The notes: generated from the sequence alone by a model not told the origin. Positions 15,156 to 28,551 are shown, counted from the stretch's first letter. The stretch is 64,000 nt of DNA from the human T2T-CHM13v2.0 reference genome, Homo sapiens (GCF_009914755.1 NC_060925.1), one strand, 5' to 3'. Numbers and translations are program-made.

Positions 15156-16036
15156 TTAGGCTTCTTCATCCACAGCAGAGTTTTCTGGGATTTCTTTTTT
15201 TAGAGAAAGAGGACTTGTTTGAGGGGTTACTGAGTTGACAGAGGAATGGTTTCCATAGATGGGAACAAAGCGGTTGTCAAAAGCTAGAGGAGTTTGTTCC
15301 GGGAGCTGGATGACGGGGCTGGAGGACAGCATCATCCTGTTTTCAGCTTCCATCTGAAGACCCAAGTTACCCATCCTGGGGTGAGTGCCCACCTCAGAAG
15401 TCAAATTCTCCCCTCTTAAAGGCATAGTCTGCCCTTCAGGGGTGACTGATATGTTTCTGGAGGGGACAGTCACCTTTTCACGGGCCACAGCCTTCCTTCT
15501 AGGGGCCACTGTATTCTGTCTAAGGGTCTCAGTCTGAAAATGGACAGGGGTCATAGTCGTTCCTCCAGGGCTCACAGACTGATGACTCACAGGGGTCACA
15601 GACTGATGACCCACAGGGGTCAGGGTCTTTTCCCCAGGGGTCACAGACTGATAACCCACAGAGGTCAGGGTCTTCTGTCCAGTGGTCACAGATTGATGAC
15701 CCACAGGGGTCAGGGCCTTCTCTCCAGGGGTCATGGACTGATGACCCACAGAAGTCATGGTCATTGCCCCAGTGATCTCAGTCTTCTCTCCTAGAGCTAC
15801 AGTGTGCTTTCCAAGGGATACAGTTTCCTTTGTAGGGGTCACAGTTGTACCTCTAGGGGTTATAGTCATATTTTCACACTTTCCGTGGATCTCAGTGACC
15901 CCAGCCTCTCCTCCTGGGGGCAAAATCTTACTATCAGTGGTCCATGCCGTGGTCACAGCCAGCCTTTCAGGGTCAGTGCTTGAAGAATTCACAGCAGATG
16001 ACAGCCAAAATTGTGGTAAAGAAGTTGAACTGAACT
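15156..16036 (-). CDS. OVGP1: OVGP1 exon 11 coding part (mucin-like Ser/Thr tail)
   Basis: 881 nt; contains ORF 15156..15992; TAA stop. Confidence 0.97.
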
Positions 16037-19000
16037 CTAGAGAAAATCAACAGAAAAGAATGAGATTCCTACCACTTCATTCTCATCCTATTAATTACTG
16101 GCAGAACTAGAACCAATCCAGGGCTGAAGTACCTGCTCCAAAAATTCAGAAGTGTAAGATTTCATACTATACCTACTTGAGGACATAGATGAAATCCCAC
16201 CACATAGAAGCCTTGCTCCAGACCCCGCCATGTTCACAGGTCCCAGACACCCACAGGCACTCAGTGGATTTGCTACATTTTCCATGAATGACCTCAGAAA
16301 GGAGCCCACCCATTCCTTGTGCTTAAGCCCTCACTTTGACATCTCTGATTGCATCATCAGCAAAACCTTGCCTCGAGGCCTAATTCTAAATAATTACTTG
16401 ATGAATGCTCAAGGAGAAGCTTCTTATGTCTCTATGTTGTAGGAGGCACCAGGAACAAAGCCAGAGGCAAGGAGGCTAGGGACAGCATGCTGTGAACAAT
16501 GGGACTGGGGCCCACCTAAAGACTTGACCTGACTGAGCTCCAGTCGCATTACCCATAAAATGAAGATTATAAACCATCCGTAAGGATGCTTCACCTCTTG
16601 CATGCTAGCTTCCATTTCCTAATTGCCAGGGTAGCCTCTACTATCAAAAAGAGATATCAAAAGAAACCTAATTCCCTCAGCCCTTGCCCATGAGAGTAAG
16701 AGAAAGAGAGAAATAAATAACATATATTGAGTGCTAACTATGAGAATTTTCATTCCATAGCTCACTTAGTTCTTATAATAATGTCATGAGTATACAGATT
16801 ATTCCCATTTTAAATAGAACAAAGGAAGCTCAAAGAGGTCAAATAAGGGCCAAGTATCCCAACAAAGACTGGAAAACATATTGGCCTGGCAAAGCTTTTT
16901 CTCTCCCCTCAATGTCATGTTGCCTCACCAAGGCATTTAGATCTAGCAGAAGGGCCTTACCCAGTGCTTGGTTATGCAACTTCCAACCCCAGCTTCTAGG
17001 TCACAGCTACTTACCAGCCCGCACCAGGATATCATTCAATACGTAGACAAGGGGGAAAGGGCCAGTGCCACAGAACGTGCCCCTGACGTCATCCATGTCC
17101 AATGTCCACACCATGGCCCCCCCAAAATGCTCTCGCCTTATAAACCATGCCTGTAAAAGTAACAGTCAGTCAACCTGCTGTACTTGTCAGTCTCTAGACT
17201 GGGTACAATGGCAAAAAACTGAAGATAGTCCCTCAGGAAGCAATGTAGCTGGGTGGTTAGGAGTGTAGCCAGCATTTGAATCTAGCTTTTACTGTTTATT
17301 AGCTATGGGATCCTGAAGAAGTTATGTAACCCTTATGTGTCTTAACTGCCTCATTTGTGAAAAAAAAAAAAGAGGATAATAACATGTCCAACATGTTTAG
17401 ACCCAAAAGATTCTTACATGCACATATTACATACGATATGGATGAAGCGTGAAGACACTATGCTAAGTGAAATAAGCCAGGCACAAAATAAGAAACACTG
17501 TATGACTCCATTTATGTGTGGTACCTAGAGTAGTCAAATTCACAGAAACAGAAAATAGAATGGTGGTTGCCAGGGGACGTGGGAAGGAGGAAGGGGAAGT
17601 TACTGTTTAATGGGCACAGGGTTTCCATTCGAGAAGATGAAAAAGTTCTGGAGATGGATGGTGGTGATAATTGCACAACAACATGAATGTATTTAATGCA
17701 ACTGAATTTCAGACTTTAAAATGGTTAAAATGGTAAATCTTATGTTTTATGTTACATAGGAATGCTACATAAGTTTTCCTAAAGAGTTCCCATGCATAAG
17801 ATATTTGGATCAATACCTGGCACATAGTGAATCTTCAATAAAAGTTAGCTACTAACCCTCTGGGTTCCCCACCTCATTAATCACCATTATTATCCTATTA
17901 AACTGTAGATATTGCTCTACTGTTTAAAATTCATTTCCTTATCTCACCGTGATGCTATAAAATACAGTAGAGCACAAAATATTATATGCTTCTCACAGAT
18001 GAGAAAATAAAGGCTTTCATCCACACTTTTTAAAACCTCCACTACAACTAAATGGCAGAGCTTAGATTCAAGTCCAGGTTTTATTATTACCTTGCCAGTG
18101 CTCTCTGTCAAGTCTGATGGAAAAGACAGAATCTATCAGGTCCAAATAGCTGTGTGCCTTAGCCAAGTCAATTGGCTCCTTTCAGGAGTTGACTTTCCCC
18201 AAATGTAAAATAAGAGGAAGGAGGAATCCAATCATTAAGTCTGAAACTGTGAAGTTTCTGAGACTTTTATGCTACTTACAAGCTAAGAAATTAGTCTGCC
18301 AGTTTTGTGTGTATACACACACACACACACATGCACACACACACACATACTCACATACCCCAACACCCCAGACCTCTGGATCAGAGGACAGAATATTTAT
18401 TACTCACAGAAAAAAAACAAAACAAAATAGCCAGAATAGCACCTTGAGTCAGTTTCCATGTCCCAAGGACAATGTGATGAAGGTCAGATGTTCAATTCAC
18501 CTGCATATGCAGTGGGGTCTGCGCTACAGAGAAGAACTCTGAAATTATGAGACTCAGAGCTTATATAGAATGGTTGACATATGTGGCCCTCCTCCCTTCC
18601 AGAGAGAGGAGAGAACCTGGAATGTAAACAAGTCCTCCCTGGGAAGGGGACTTTCACAATCATTGAAGGTAAACAAATGGCTCTGGGGGAAAGAGGAAAG
18701 CAGCTCTCTATTTTTAGTAAAGCTTGTCTGCTTCCTTTGCCCAGAATCCTCAAACTGTGCAGGAACTCTGAGAAATCCAGGGTATAATTATCTCCCAACA
18801 ATAATCCCCAAGGTCTCTTTTAGCTCTGATATTCTATGTCAAAATCCCTTAACCATCCCCAACCTGGCTTCATGTCTCCTCACCTAGTTCTGCAAATTAC
18901 AGTAACTGCACCTCAAAGCAAGACCACCCTCTGCTGCTCATCCCAGGGCCTCACCCAACACAAGGGATCAATCCCCTCTCTGATGTCCTATGGGTCATAG

Positions 19001-22000
19001 ACTTAACTCCATCCAATTGGGTAAATCCATTGAGTCATTAATCTTTCCTGTTTGTGTCTTCCCATTCCCAAACCACAGAGCAAGATCCCAGAGGGGAGAA
19101 GCCATGCTTTTTTATCTCTCTCCGCCCCAGCAGGCCTCACCCAGTGTTAATGCACAGAGGAGCTACGCAGTGAATCTTCATGAGTGCCTTCCTCTCTGGT
19201 GCTTCCCACACAAACTTCCCCCAAAAAACAGCCGACACCTGCCATTTCTGCATCACCGTTAACAGGAGAACTGTGAATTCTCTCTATTTAAGTCTCAATA
19301 TCCAAGCAGTTGCCACATTCCGACAATTTCTCACCTTTAAACTGCTGCTCCTTCCAACTACCCTAGTCCAGACCCTCATTATCTCATGCTTGGACACCTC
19401 TGTGTCCACGCCCAGAGCTCCCAAAATGCCAACTTAGCATTTGGAAGGATCATATATGGAGGCATTCTAAAATAGTTTCCAAAGTTTTTCTAAGACCTAC
19501 TGAATATTGAGGAGTGGAACCATGATTTCTACATGTATCCAGTCTCTCAGGTGATTCCAAAACAGAGGCAGGTTTAGGAACTACTGGAGCATGTCAGTTC
19601 TCTTTTAGTTCACTATAAAAACCTGCCAGATTCAACTTCATAAAATACCACTTACATGAAGGGAGGGTGGTGGTCATAGTTTGGCTCTAAAAGTTTGAAA
19701 ATTAAAGGTCATCCACCTGTAGAAACCTGTTTTTGCCTTAAAATGCCCACAGGATGAAGACTGAACACCTTTACCAGCATTCAAGTCCCTTTATAAAAAG
19801 CCTCTGCTTCACCCAAATTCTTCTTTGAACCTGCTATAAGCTTTCTACACCACTGAGCCTTTCCCCAATGTCATAATCTTCTCCTACTCCTGCTCACCTC
19901 CCTCAGGAAGCCCTCCCAGACTTCCTCATTTCTGCTACATGTCAGTAATATTTACAGAGCACTTACCATGATCTACTTTGTGTTGGTATTTATCTGTTAT
20001 GAAATTAGCTGGTCCAAATGGAAAGGAAGAGACCAAAAAGATCATCGAAAAGCTGTAAGAACTGAGGGAACTATTTATTCCCTCAGAACCTAGATTCTTT
20101 CTCTTCAGAATAGAGACTTGGAACAGATGGGATTATAAAGCCCCAGTTAGAACTAAAATGTAGGCATGCCTGAAACCCCTGGTCTAATCATCCTCACCTT
20201 TCACTCTCCACCCAATACACATACATGCATTGTACAAATAAGGACCCCATAGAAACCGGTAGGAAACCATGTGCTGGAGCATGAAAGAGCCAGGGTCTCA
20301 CCTTGTAACTGAAGCTGATGGCATTGTCATAGCCAACCCACTCTTTCCCCTTGTTGGCATACGGGACATACTGGTAATCAATCCAGTGCTTCTTCGCTCC
20401 CCAGACAAAGGAACAAATCTGCCAAGAGGACCACCAGGTTAGTTCTGGGAAGTGCCATGGAGATAAGCACCAAGAGACAGTTGTTCCTTGCCCAAGGATA
20501 AAGAATCCAAGAATCCCTAACCAGCGAATGAGAAGAAGGTAAACCAAAGAGAGAATGGAGAGGCCACTCACAAATGAGTTCCTCTCTATTTTGAATAAAT
20601 TCCTACTGTTACCCTTTCCTCTCTCTACTGTCCATGATGGAAAAAAGGGAACCAAAGAGTGGATGACATCCTTAAGAAACCAAGCCAGGGGTATAATGCC
20701 AGTACCAAAATAGTAAGAGTAACATACATGATCCTTGACCAAATCTGTATCTCATTCAAAGTGTTTTCATAAACAAGTCTCTCCTGTTCATTAGATCCCA
20801 GCACAGACTGCCCCATATAGGTGGTTCTCAAACTAGCACCTGAACTTCTAGTAGATTTAAAGTTCTTGAAGGCAGGGAGAACTAGGTTGCTATAAATAAT
20901 TAAGCATTTGAGTGTCCACTGAGTGCCCAGCATTGTGCTAAAAACTATATGCTGCAAAAAAGTAGAGGTACGCAAGCTGTGCTGCAGAAGTTAATGTCTA
21001 AGCCATTCCTTTTCTCCTTTGGTGCTTCAAAGGGTCTGTCTATCAAAGCTTCTTTGCCCTTCAAGAACATTGTTTCAACTATGCCAGCACTCATAAAAAT
21101 GCTTCATTGGGTTAGAAAAACACCCTCATCCATCCAGCGCAGAGCAGAGATTGGAGAGACTTGCAGCACCTCCACTACTGCCTAAAGTACTCACCCTGTC
21201 CCTCTGTACCTGCTGTCCTCTACCTGGGAAGTCCTTCCCGTCTAGTCATTCCTGTCCATCAGGATTTTCCTGTGCTTCAAACTCTGCTCAAACTCTACCT
21301 GCTCCATAAGACCTTTCCAGGTCACTACAGCCACACAGTTATGTGGCTCGTATTGCCACCTCTGGTGGTTACATTCCCTTGGAAACATGTCTCTTTCCGC
21401 CACCCAATAGCAAGCTTGGTTGAGACGAAGATGAAGAGGGTAGAGCTGGAGTGGAGAGAAAGAACCTGTAGTAGATAATGTCTTGGAATTGCTTCAAAAT
21501 CATCTAGTAGTAGGGAGGGAGGGAGCCAGCAGAGATGAGACAAAATTGGCCATGAATTATTAATGATTGAAGCTGAGTGAGTAGTATGTGGGGGAGGTAC
21601 AGAGGCTATACTATTCTTTTAATTTTGCATATGTTTGAAATTATATATATTGCAAATATTAATGATTTTTATTTAGGCCATACAGAAAGTCAGGGTTTAC
21701 CTGTATAGCATATAAGATCATTTTTGGGGTGCAATGAAACCCTTCCATCCAGATTCCACCAAGTCCTTCGTCCCTTACAAAGGACTCAAATAACTTACCT
21801 CAAAGAAAAAGAAAATATCCCAGAGAGTGGGTTTCTCTTGTACTAATAGACCACCTCTTTGCCCTGTCTACAGCTCTCACCCTTGCCATTGCCCCTTGTC
21901 CTGGCCTTTGCTCCAGCTGGGGGTGGGAGAGTCCTAACTGCTAGACAGAGACTGATATTCCCATCACCTCAAAATAAGCCAAGAAGCCTTCTTGCTTGGT

Positions 22001-25000
22001 GTACTTCCCTGGAGATGCTGGTCCGATCGCTCTGGCCTGCAACCCATTCTTAGAGGCTTTGAGGAGGCGAAAGGTACGTCCATAGGTGGGGATCCCCATG
22101 ATGAGCTTCTCTGAGGGTGCCCCAAGCTTTCTCCAATAATTCATAGCATATGCCTGCAGGTAAGAAGAATCCAGACTCCTCCTTGTTACTAAGAGCCAAT
22201 GGCCTGAGCTCAGGGGGGCAGATGTCTGGACCACCTGAGATCTTTCCTTTCCTTACCGAAGATTTGGGGTCTTCAGGCAGAGAGAAGAGGGGGCTATTAT
22301 GTCCTGTGAACCTTTCCCAACTTCCATGTAAGTCATAAGACAAGACATTGATGAAATCCAGGAGTCTGTAAGGGGCAGGAGGAAGAGATATAAAGACTGG
22401 GCTAGCCAGATTTTCAAGTCAGAGCATCACAGCACTGTCTAGCTAACTAGCTAGACATTGGTCACCAGAGCTTCCCTGCTCCTTCTGCCTGTGGGGCCTG
22501 CCCAGGCTGTGCTATCCACCTGCCACTGGAACAAACAGCTGGTTAGGAACAGCTGTATATGAGGAGCTATGCATCCTGAGAGTACCTGTGGAGGTAGGCA
22601 GGAGTTAGATGAGAGAAAATACACTCAGGCCTGATATAAATGCTAACAGGCATCTGCACAAATGGTCATGAGTAAAAGCAGTCTGTTCCATAGCTTGTCT
22701 TTCTACAATTCCAGGAGCCATTGAAACCCACCTCCTCTAGAAAGCGTTCATCATTACCAGGTCACAGGGATAAGGGTTTACACTGATTATCTAATTTAAT
22801 TTTAATCTGGCTAATTCCCTAAGTAGTGTAACTATCTCCATTTTAAAGTTGAAGAAATTGAAACTCAGATAGGTTAACTAATTTGCCTAATGTTGCCCAG
22901 TTGGGTGAAGGCAGGACTCTCTCAATCCTGTCTGGCTAAAAGATCAACACTAACACACTCCATGTCCCCTGTGTCTCTCACCCTCCTCCCACATTGAAAC
23001 AATTCTCTAGCACACTCATACACAGGAACATCCCATTTCTGTTTTGGTCTGCATCTGCCTCAGTTTCCTCTTCTGTAAATACTTGATTCTCAAAATTCTA
23101 GAAAATATACCTAGAGATGACATGTCCAAAAAGATTTATGTGCTGCTCTTTGTCTAGCTTTTTAACTTTTGCATGAAGAACTGCTCTGAATACTGGATGT
23201 GACTGGGCATTCCTGTTTTTGTTTTTGTGACAGTGATTATTAATTCATCTGTCTCTGATGCCAGCATCCGCTGCATAGTGTATGTCTACAGATATACTCT
23301 GGGTAGAAAGAGGACAGGCCCCTGGGAATCTCTCCTCGTGAGACCCAGCAATAGGCTGTGCAGAAGACTCTACCCGTGCTAACATTGTTGTGGGCAGATA
23401 TTACATCACCTCCCTCTGAGGTCTAAAGAAACCCTCAGGGTATAATGGAACTAGCCCTTCTCCCCACCCATGCTCCTCAGTCCAGCCCCAAACTTGCACT
23501 GACGTCAGGGCAGGCACACGGTGAGCTCAAAAACAGTGCTTGGGAAGCTCTGGGGTTCTGAGCTCAAGACACCTGCTTCCCACCAATGTCCTGCCCCACC
23601 AAAGCAATATCCACTCACCTTCCTAGAAAGCGCACATCATAGGATGTTTGGACGATGTGTGGGACCCCAGAAACAGCAGCAGACAGCAGCAGCCTCGGGC
23701 GCATGGTGAGCAGTGCCTCCTTCCGGAAGGCAAACAGGAGCTCCTAAGAGGAAAGACAGAAAGACACAGAGAACTGGACAAACAGAGAGGCGGGGCCTGG
23801 GGGGAGTGTCATCTAGGAAGCATTTACTGAGCTCCTGAGCCAGGCTCTGGGACACGAAGGTGAGTTGGACATGGGCCATGCCACAGGCTCATGAGACAGG
23901 CAGATGAGGGCTGATGTGGTTAATGATTTAATCAATTGAGGGGTGGCAAGCAGGCTCAGAAGCACAGAATTCAGACAGACACTGCCTAAGGGAGTGCAGG
24001 GAGCTGCAGAGAGAAGGCATCCCTTAGGCTGGAGGACTGGAGCAAGCCCCAGGTGCAGCGAAAAGAGCAACCTCAGGGAGTTACAGGTATTACCCTCCAG
24101 GGGTTCACAGTAAAAGAACATTCTGTCACCCTCTTCTGCCCCTGGCCCTGGACTTATGCTCTTCTCCTGCCATAAGCCTAGATATATAAAAGTAGAATCA
24201 TTTCTGGATTCTGGCGCTTCTAGACCAGACTTACTTCAATTAAGAAGAGAAAAGTCCACCGGTCATGCATGGGGCTGCCTCTTAGTCCAGGATATAAGAA
24301 GAAAAGGTCAAGACCATCAAAGTCATGTGTCCTCAGAAGGGATATAACTGAAGCAATAAACTTTTCACGGTTGGCAAATGTGGACAACATAGTGGTGAAT
24401 CTGTAGGGAGACCAGGGGTAAGGCAAAGAACTCTATCCACAGAATCACAACCTCCTACAAGGCCCCTTGCAAGCTTGGTTCCCTGTGGTGGGCCTGGCAG
24501 ATGTGGCTGGAGGAAAGGAAGGCAGATTTCCAAAACTCTCCCACCTTCTTATATGCCTCTCCCAGCACCAGGAGCTCAATACCCAGGAGTAGGGAATTCA
24601 GGCAGCTAAAAGAAGTTGAAAACCATGTACTGCCCCAAGGCCAGACGGCACAGGGAACAGCAGGCACAGAACCAAGCATGCAGCCTGGGGTGTGGAGAAA
24701 TGGCTCAGTCCAGCTCTGCCCCCAAAACATGGTATGCCCACTGGCAAGGCACTGCCCCTCTCTGTGCTGTCTCCTCATAGGTAACTACTCAATTCCCACA
24801 ACCTGTCCTAGCACTGACATTTTCTACCTGACTGGATTAGGGGAGAGAACATGAGTCAAGGGCCAGCATGTCCAGAAACATCTATGAGTTAATCTGGGCC
24901 TGGGCTGTATAACTTGGCACAAGAGGCCTGTGTTCTGATAACGGGATCCTGATCCTGTGTTCTTTTGTTCGTTTTTTGTTTGATATTTTTCTATTTTACT

Positions 25001-28000
25001 TGTTTTCTCTTCCGTAGTGATGACACTTTGGAAAAATTCTAACTTATTGGACCTGAACTTTAAGCAACTCTGGGGTAATCCTGAGATGAGCCATGATTAA
25101 AAAATTAACCAGACTCATAAATAGATCTGGGTTCCATGGTCAGTTTCCCACCTCCTTGCTGGGCAATCTCTGAGGAATACCTGTGACAAATCTGGCAAGT
25201 TCCTTAATAACTGTGACTTGTGCTTTCTGCTCTACCAATTTTGAATACAACCACTTTGTAAAGCTTCCTGCAAGTGTTCACGGGATAATGCGTGTACAGC
25301 CCTAGCCCAGCATCTGGAGCACAGGGAGTGTTCAGAGATGGGAAGAGGTGAATCCTGGGCTGGGCAGAGCTAGTTCTCACCCCCCTGCCCTGAATCTTTC
25401 CTCCATCTTGTAAAGTGCATCCTCACACACTCCCAGCCCACCAGGCCTCCCTCTCGTGTATCTCATGCCTTTAAGGCAACAAGGCAAGTACGGCCTCTAA
25501 CCCAGGCCTCAGCCATGAAATAGGGGAAATGTTTCTTCAGAAAATATGAAGGCAGTTTGTAATCTCCACGTTGTCTCATGGAGATTGAAGTGCTAACAAG
25601 AGCAGCTGCTACATACTGAACATGTACTATGTCCCAGCACTAAGCTTAGCATTTTGTTATTTCCTTTCCTCTGTTCCAACCCTTTGAGGTTGATATCCCT
25701 GGATCCACTAATAAAGTGAAGAAACCTGTGAGGTTTGGGAGTTATTCTCATCCTGCACCTGATTCCTCCCCTTGGAGACAAAACCCTTGCCTCTTATGAA
25801 AGGTTGAGGAAACAATTATGAGTGCCTCATTTTGTCCCTAATTTTCCCCCAGCCTCTTTCTCACCACCTGCTAGAACTTCCTTGTCTCCCCTGACCCACC
25901 ATGGAGAAGAGGCCAGGATATCCCTTGAGTGCAGGGGTCTAAGATTCATGAGTTGGGGAAGTATTTGCGCTAGCTTTGCTGTCCGCATGGCCAAGCTGCC
26001 TTCCCCCTCTGTCTTCACGTCTAACCAGCCTGCTCCACCCTCCCAGGGAGAAGAGAATAACAGCAAAGTCTCACCTTGAGGTGCCAAAGTTCCACCCGCC
26101 GATGGACAGTAGTGTTTTCAGCTCTCTGTTCCTATGATGTGAGAGAGAGGGTTGATGAGCTGGGTTCTTCACTCCGGTGGGCAGCTGCTGCCACATTCTT
26201 TTATTTTGCTCATTGGAAGAAAACAGGAAACAGGAGAGATGGGAGGTAAGGAAAGGAAAAGGGGGAAGGTGATAGAAGGAGAGAGATGATGAGCACAGGA
26301 GAGAGGAGGAAAGACAGAGAGAACAATCAACCCAAGGGCCATCACAGCCCAACAACTCCAAGGCTGCACAAAGTCTGCCAAACTCGCGCATGTCCCTATG
26401 ATGCTTCCAAAAAAAGAGCAGTCTAAAATGTTTCTCTTTTTCCTATTCAACAAATATTTATTGAGCAATGTCTATGTGCCATTTACTGCTTTAGGCACTT
26501 TAGAACAAAGAACAACACAGATAAGCTCCCCACTTTCAGGGAGTTTATAATCTAGTGGCATAGAACTTTTACTCTGCCCATCTATAACCATTAATGCAGT
26601 AACAAGCCTTCCTTTGGGCACAGAGAGATCCCAGGAGTTCCGGAGAGAGGAAAATGTAAGCAAACACTTACTGAGCACCAACCCTGTGTGAGACACTGAC
26701 CTAGCCACTGGGGATACAACAACACAGCAGACACTGCCCCTTCCCTGGAGTAGCTCACCGGTAACAAACGGTAATAAAAACATGAGCATTTGTTGAGCAT
26801 TTGGGATGTGTAAGCCCACTTTAACAGCATTAATAACTAAAATCCTCACAACTAGGTTCAAAGGCTGAGTTGGGTTTTGCCAGGCAGAGAAGAGAGAGAA
26901 GCACATTCCAGGCAGAGACAACAGCAACTACAAAAGTAAGGAGGCAGGAAAGAGCTCAAGGTGTCTGTGACAAGGAGTTCTCAAGTTGGGGGTGCTCTGG
27001 ACCCCTATTTGAGAGGAAGGTAGGACTGGAAGAAATAGAAGAAAGTTGAAGAGTAACAGGAGAAATAGACTGTTATCTTATACCTGTGAAATCTGAAAAT
27101 ACAACCCCCACATCCAATATGAACACACCTCTCCTTTAGTTTGTTGAACTCTGGGTAGAGAATTTTCTCATCCTGGAGATCCTTAGCAACAATCTGATTG
27201 TTGTTCATTGAGGCAAAGGCAAATATCAGGTGGGTGCAGAGAAAGGGGTCCAGGTCATGGGGCAAGATCGAGGCAGGGCCTGGCCGACTGTGTGCCCAGT
27301 TGGTGAAATAACACACGAGTTTATGGGCAGCACCTGGTAAGGGAGAGCACACATTAGTTGGCAAAAACCAAGGGAGGGGATGGAGCTCAGCTTCCAGAAA
27401 GCAATGTGAACGCAGCCCAAGAGACCAGGCCACATTTTCACATCCTCTCTCCCTGGCCCTGAAGTACACCTCAGAACTACACTGAGGTTCTATTCCTCCC
27501 CCACTGCTGAGGTCTCAGGAAGAAAACAATGCCTTGTGAAATCCTGGTCAGAACAGATTCTCAAGTCTGGACCAAGGCACACAGTCAGCGACACAAACAG
27601 CAGGTGACCAAAAATCCTCTGAGAAACTGTGTTGGATCAATAATCCCTGTCAGAGAAGCCAGGGCAAGGTGGGCTGCAGGGGACACTCAATGTGGAGGAC
27701 TTCTCAGCCAGAGACTCTCCCTGGCTCTGGAAGGGAAAACACAGTTTCCTTACCATCGTGGTGTTTCAGCACAAGAACCAGCCCTGTGAGAAACAAAGGA
27801 AGGAGTCACACAGAGATTCATACCCTCACCAGAGTGGTATGGCACAGCACACCCTCTGATTAGCAAGGGTGCCCACCAACACACCACCTTATGCAGATGC
27901 AGACACACAAATGGGGACACACACACCATTTACTCGTTTCCTAGTTTCTAAAGTTGGACCAGTGGAGCTAGATATAAGTTCCTTTTCTTTTTGATAAACA

Positions 28001-28413
28001 TGTGTATATGCTCATGCTTTGCCCAGGGACAATGACAAGTGTTAGAAGTCCCAGAAAAAGCTCGAGGCCAGTGGTTCTGAACCCTGGCTGCAAATTAAGA
28101 AGTACTGATATCCTGGCTGGTCATGCAGAGATTCTAACAGAACTGGTCCAAGGTGGAACTCAGGCATTTAAAATTTCTAATGGGCCACCAGGTTTGAGAA
28201 CCACTGCTCTGACCACTTCTCCCTGGGTCCCTCTGACCTCTGACCATTAACTATGGCCCATCCCATCTCTACCTAATCTAGGCTTCCCTGAGTCTCAGGC
28301 TGCTCTCTCAGGCACCAGAGAGATGACGAACTCATAAAGCCTGGCACTTCCTGGACTGAGTGACACTGCTGGGACCTGCCACACTCACCAACCCACAGCA
28401 ACAGCTTCCACAT
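15156..28413 (-). CDS. OVGP1: Oviduct-specific glycoprotein (oviductin/mucin-9), 11 coding exons, 678 aa
   Basis: Exons 28389-28413, 27754-27783, 27129-27333, 26075-26131, 24235-24400, 23619-23743, 22257-22365, 21968-22153, 20302-20418, 17015-17150, 15156-16036; all introns GT-AG; total 2037 nt; MWKLLLWVGLVLVLKHHDGAAHKLVCYFTNW...ENSAVDEEA*. Confidence 0.98.
15560..15770 (-). repeat. ~45-bp (15-aa) coding tandem repeat of the OVGP1 mucin domain
   Basis: Units such as TPGEKALTPVGHQSV / TTGQKTLTSVGYQSV / TPGEKTLTPVGHQSV, plus a shorter partial unit. Confidence 0.9.
17015..17150 (-). CDS. OVGP1: OVGP1 exon 10 (AWFIRREHFGGAMVWTLDMDD...LVRA)
   Basis: 136 nt; GGAMVW motif. Confidence 0.96.
17437..17750 (+). 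mobile_element. Old L1M 3'UTR fragment (OVGP1 intron 9)
   Basis: atggatgaa...tatgctaagtgaaataagccaggcacaaa...aaaatggttaaaatggtaaat. Confidence 0.8.
20302..20418 (-). CDS. OVGP1: OVGP1 exon 9 (ICSFVW...SFSYK)
   Basis: 117 nt; WVGYD motif. Confidence 0.96.
21968..22153 (-). CDS. OVGP1: OVGP1 exon 8 (AYAMNYW...FLAYFE)
   Basis: 186 nt; KLIMGIPTYGR motif. Confidence 0.96.
22257..22365 (-). CDS. OVGP1: OVGP1 exon 7 (LLDFINVLSYDLHGSW...PKSS)
   Basis: 109 nt; GH18 xYDxHGxW motif. Confidence 0.96.
23619..23743 (-). CDS. OVGP1: OVGP1 exon 6 (ELLFAFRKEA...YDVRFLG)
   Basis: 125 nt, TAG acceptor, GTGAGT donor. Confidence 0.95.
24235..24400 (-). CDS. OVGP1: OVGP1 exon 5 (FTTMLST...DFDGLDLFFLYP...LIE)
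   Basis: 166 nt; degenerate DxxDxDxE motif. Confidence 0.96.
26075..26131 (-). CDS. OVGP1: OVGP1 exon 4 (NRELKTLLSIGGWNFGTS)
   Basis: SxGG motif of GH18; 57 nt. Confidence 0.96.
27129..27333 (-). CDS. OVGP1: OVGP1 exon 3 (AAHKLVCYFTNW...FNKLKE)
   Basis: GH18 N-terminal motif within ORF 27005..27469; 205 nt. Confidence 0.96.
27754..27783 (-). CDS. OVGP1: OVGP1 exon 2 (GLVLVLKHHD)
   Basis: 30 nt, CAG acceptor, GTAAG donor. Confidence 0.93.
28069..28206. mobile_element. MER5-like hAT-Charlie MITE in OVGP1 intron 1
   Basis: TIRs cagtggttct... / ...agaaccactg. Confidence 0.75.
28389..28413 (-). CDS. OVGP1: OVGP1 coding exon 1 (MWKLLLWV)
   Basis: ATG at 28413, donor GTGAGT. Confidence 0.95.
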
Positions 28414-28452
28414 CTCAATGGTCTGATAGCTGTGAGTCCAGAGATGCAGCCC

Positions 28453-28458
28453 TTTATA
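28453..28458 (-). promoter_or_regulatory. OVGP1 TATA box (TATAAA)
   Basis: 40 nt upstream of the ATG. Confidence 0.8.
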
Positions 28459-28494
28459 GGAGCTTCCCTGTGGATAGCGCTGGGACAGCCCAGC

Positions 28495-28495
<1 letters not shown>

Positions 28496-28549
<54 letters not shown>
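28496..28549. repeat. (AC)n microsatellite in the OVGP1 promoter
   Basis: 24 perfect AC units at 28502-28549. Confidence 0.97.

Positions 28550-28551
<2 letters not shown>

Noticed and set aside
15540-15794. Repetitive plus-strand ORF (GHRLMTHRGQG...)
   Set aside because: Antisense shadow of the OVGP1 mucin repeat; also not a CRISPR array, since there are no unique spacers or cas genes and the DNA is human
20194-20742. 182-aa hydrophobic ORF
   Set aside because: OVGP1 exon 9 plus chance open intronic flanks; the same applies to 27005..27469
26472-26927. 151-aa ORF in OVGP1 intron 3
   Set aside because: Composed of L2/MIR-like repeat fragments with no recognisable domain
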